64,000 nucleotides of DNA from Prochlorococcus sp. AG-347-K22. GTDB lineage: Bacteria > Cyanobacteriota > Cyanobacteriia > PCC-6307 > Cyanobiaceae. The stretch lies in assembly GCA_003281285.1 (NCBI GenBank), contig QCCJ01000003.1, forward strand, positions 3,130-67,129. Direction: 5' to 3'. Shown piece after piece: positions 60,911 through 64,000 of the stretch. Numbering within the stretch: position 1 is the first letter of the stretch; each line of letters starts with the position of its first letter. The notes beneath the pieces were generated by a model. The model was not told the origin of the DNA and did not search any database. It saw nothing but the letters and a program-made list of their open reading frames with translations. Made by a program: the position numbers and the translations under genes.

Positions 60911-61666
60911 TTATTTTTTATTTACTTGATTTATAACCTTAATACTAGAAGGTGTAGGAATAACTCTTATTTCCTTAATATTGTCTTCTTCACTAGTCCT
61001 TAATGTACTAATAAACTGATTTAAAGGTATAGCCATTACTTTAGGCTTCTCAACTTTGCTCCAAGGATATTTTTTCTTAATCTTCGCTTTATCAACCAAC
61101 CCTTTCATAGTTACGTAATCAGTAGAACAAGGAATATATGAGATTTTAGTTTTTTTATCAGTTGCAGTCACTGTTGGATTTGGACAAAATACCATTGGAT
61201 TATTTTGAACAAAATTATCAATATTATCTTTTTGGTAACCTTGCTCTAACAATAGTTTTTTGGAAATTTGCGCTTGTTCAGGATCAGGAATATAGATTAC
61301 ATCAAGAACATCTTTTTTAGATTTATTTTTTTCAATTTCTATCAAGGAACTAAATTTAGATAACGATTTTGGAGAATATGTATATTTTGATTCTTTATCT
61401 TTACTCTGCGAAATAACTCTATCATTCAAAAAATTTATGGCTGAGGGTGAGAAAGCTGCAAAATATATTTTTTTCTTATTTCCATCTACATCAAATTCAA
61501 AAGACATCGGAATACCTTCTTTATCAGTCGGTGTGAATAATATAATTGAATCTAATTTAGTTTCAACCTGTTTGGGTGTTAAAGCTATCATATCCAATTC
61601 AATTTTTGATAAGGGACTTGAAAGAGTTGTAGCAGCGACAGCAACTAATGGTGCAAGGAAATTCAT
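60911..61666 (-). CDS. Tic22-like periplasmic chaperone
   Basis: ALTPKQVETKLDSIILFTPTDKEGIP and IYIPDPEQ resemble Tic22 motifs; signal-like N-terminus. Confidence 0.7.
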   Translation of the reverse strand: MNFLAPLVAVAATTLSSPLSKIELDMIALTPKQVETKLDSIILFTPTDKEGIPMSFEFDVDGNKKKIYFAAFSPSAINFLNDRVISQSKDKESKYTYSPKSLSKFSSLIEIEKNKSKKDVLDVIYIPDPEQAQISKKLLLEQGYQKDNIDNFVQNNPMVFCPNPTVTATDKKTKISYIPCSTDYVTMKGLVDKAKIKKKYPWSKVEKPKVMAIPLNQFISTLRTSEEDNIKEIRVIPTPSSIKVINQVNKK

Positions 61667-61698
61667 AACAATTTAAATCGCATAGAAGTCAATAAAGT

Positions 61699-64000
61699 TT
61701 AAAAGATAAAGCTTTTGCTCTGATTAAGATCTTGATTATTTGAGAAGGAAATTAATAAATCTTCTAGAACTGAATTGTCATCAATTTCGTTAGTTGAAGA
61801 AATCTTAAATAATTCATTTCCTGTTGAATTGATAGACAAGTCTGAGGAATCATCAGTAAAGATATCATCCAAAATCTCATTAATAGTTTCTAAAGATTCA
61901 AAATCATTGGTTACAACTTCCAGAGATTTATCAATTATTAAAATATCTCCATCTAAGAAGTCAACTTTAATTTCAGCATCTTTTACATCTGGTCCAAGAT
62001 TGGATTTATTTTCTAAGAATTGAGAATTGCTTCTAGCTGAACCTGTGACAACAGTTTCAGGAATATCGTCAGGTGTAGGAGCTTTTTCTTTAATTAAATC
62101 TGTAACAGTTGGAGTTACAAAAGACCTAAATAATTTAAAGACTGGTGCATCAAAGAACGCAATTTCCTTATCCTTAGTTTTCTTAATAGTATTAATGTTA
62201 TCTATTGATGGCCCAGGATTAAATATTGCAAAACCTCCAGTCCTGCTGAACTTACCAGATTTAAACCCAGCAATTGAACCTCCTCCGTTATATGTGAATT
62301 TATCTGCATCAGTAATTGTAAATGTTCCAAATGCATTAGTACCTCCAATTGCTCCAGTAATATTTATTTCGAATCCTGGGGTATTAAATGTAATTGCCTG
62401 ACTACCATTTAGAGAATCTAGTGTTCCTCCGAAAGTAACTGCTCCAGTCCCAATATTAATATCTACTCCAGCAATTACAGGACCTGTATTTTCAAGAGTT
62501 CCTCCAATAAAATCACCCTTGAATGTTGTGGTTCCAGTGGATGTAATAGTTACATCAGCTATTTCAGAGCCTGTTCCTATAGCTCCAACAGTTACATTTC
62601 CTGTCCCAGCAGTTAATGTGATGTTTTCAGATGAAGTTCCCATTACACCTGGTGTTAAATCAATAAGACCTCCTCCTGTACCAGTGTCAATGATTAGATT
62701 TGAACCATTACCCATCTCCAAAGTACCTGTTCCGAAAGTAATGCCATCATTTGATGTAGTGAAGGTCGTATCAGCTCCACCTGTTAAATCAATATTCTCT
62801 CCTGCCTTAGTTGTATAAGTAACAGCATCTGTTTTATATGTGGTACCAGCTAGAGTGAGAGTAGTAGTTGTGGCATTACCAATATTTGAAGTCCCAGTTA
62901 CACCTTGAGTATTAGTATCTCCAATATCTTTAAGAGTGATTGTTCCTGATCCCCCTGTATTGTTTATATCTAAAGTAGCAAGAGCAGTATCTCCTCCAAT
63001 TGTTCCACCAATTGATACTGCTCCTGATCCAGAACTGATATCAAAATTCTCGTTGCCATTTATTGTAGAGGCGAAATCAACAGTACCACCAGCTGTAGTT
63101 AAGGCCACTGCTCCACCAAGTGTAGTAACTTCATCTATATCAATATTTCCACCATTTGTAGTGATATTTCCATTTAGAGTTACCCCTCCAGAACCATCTA
63201 AGGTTACGTTGCCGATACCTGTAGCCATTCCAGCGACACTAACGCTTCCTGAACCTGCCTCTATGGTCACAGTTGTGGTTTGTCCAGATGTACTTCCAAT
63301 CGCACCTTCAATAGTGATATTTCCATCTTGATTATGGGCAGTATCAACTGTTAAATCTGATCCGGTTGCAAGGGTAATGCCACTGGCACCATCTAGGAAA
63401 CTAATGTTTTCTGATGAAGCATTAAAGTCTGGATCTGTTCCTACTAATGAATAAGTAGCAGCATTATAAGTCTGTGCTCCAGTAGTGAAGTACTCACTCT
63501 CTGTACCAGATGTACCGAATGTGATTGTTCCAGTATTCGAGTTACCAAGAGCAACTACACCAGAACCAGAGGTTCCATCTGCTCCGATATTACCAAGAAT
63601 ATTGATATTTCCTGTTCCTGTACTTGCTCCAGTTGCGTTGATATCAAGACTTGTAAGAGCACCTCCTCCTCCGATATCGCCTGTGATTGTAACTGCTCCA
63701 CTTCCTGACAAGATGTCTAGATTCTGAGTTCCAGCAATAGTTGAACTGAATTCAACATTTCCAGCTCCTGTACCTGATGAAATTATTACGTCACCCCCAA
63801 GAGTAACTGGTGCATTTATATCAATCAGTCCGGTTGTTGTTATATCGTTTGAGATAGTTAAAGCATTTGTTGTTGCAACAAAAGAGGTGAGAGGCTTACT
63901 TGATCCACCAATTTCAGGAAGTGTAATTGTTCCCGCTCCGCTTGTTAGGGTCAAACTGTCTGTTTCATTTGTTTCTGATTGAATAGAGGTTGTGAATTTA
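61699..64000 (-). CDS. large Gly/Thr-rich adhesin/haemagglutinin-like surface protein, 3' part (runs off right edge)
   Basis: Frame is open to the window end (KFTTSIQSETNETDSLTL...); beta-helix-like G/T/S/I repeats; acidic C-terminal tail. Confidence 0.8.
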   Translation of the reverse strand, partial: KFTTSIQSETNETDSLTLTSGAGTITLPEIGGSSKPLTSFVATTNALTISNDITTTGLIDINAPVTLGGDVIISSGTGAGNVEFSSTIAGTQNLDILSGSGAVTITGDIGGGGALTSLDINATGASTGTGNINILGNIGADGTSGSGVVALGNSNTGTITFGTSGTESEYFTTGAQTYNAATYSLVGTDPDFNASSENISFLDGASGITLATGSDLTVDTAHNQDGNITIEGAIGSTSGQTTTVTIEAGSGSVSVAGMATGIGNVTLDGSGGVTLNGNITTNGGNIDIDEVTTLGGAVALTTAGGTVDFASTINGNENFDISSGSGAVSIGGTIGGDTALATLDINNTGGSGTITLKDIGDTNTQGVTGTSNIGNATTTTLTLAGTTYKTDAVTYTTKAGENIDLTGGADTTFTTSNDGITFGTGTLEMGNGSNLIIDTGTGGGLIDLTPGVMGTSSENITLTAGTGNVTVGAIGTGSEIADVTITSTGTTTFKGDFIGGTLENTGPVIAGVDINIGTGAVTFGGTLDSLNGSQAITFNTPGFEINITGAIGGTNAFGTFTITDADKFTYNGGGSIAGFKSGKFSRTGGFAIFNPGPSIDNINTIKKTKDKEIAFFDAPVFKLFRSFVTPTVTDLIKEKAPTPDDIPETVVTGSARSNSQFLENKSNLGPDVKDAEIKVDFLDGDILIIDKSLEVVTNDFESLETINEILDDIFTDDSSDLSINSTGNELFKISSTNEIDDNSVLEDLLISFSNNQDLNQSKSFIF

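Noticed and set aside
61775-63727. Several + strand ORFs rich in Pro/Val
   Set aside because: Antisense shadows of the Gly/Thr-rich adhesin gene

Overview
AT-rich window from a high-light-adapted Prochlorococcus chromosome, inferred from gene content and order. Bases 1-44,900 are syntenic core genome: petH (partial), tRNA-Glu, sasA, prs, malQ, cdsA, clpC, rimI, lysA-cdaA-uppS-bioB, lipA, recR, psbP, a DEAD-box helicase, recD/recB/recC, ycf54, pdxJ, plsC, bolA-grxD, crtH, trmFO, psbY and tRNA-Lys. After tRNA-Lys the region becomes island-like. It holds an hli gene and two som porin genes that appear to share about 986 identical bp and enclose a TPR-sulfotransferase. After apt comes tRNA-Pro, followed by an integrase-free mini-element: a YHYH gene between 37-bp direct repeats, closed by a 27-bp tRNA duplicate. 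Next is a mosaic of microproteins, DUF1651-like genes and pseudogenes, a candidate structured sRNA converging on a hydrophobic peptide gene, rbp, a second hli, an RluF-type synthase and a SRAP gene. The window ends with a Tic22-like gene behind a large Gly/Thr-rich adhesin-like gene that runs off the right end. Several small ORFs missing from the supplied track were translated by hand. All coordinates and identities were read by eye and should be confirmed computationally.
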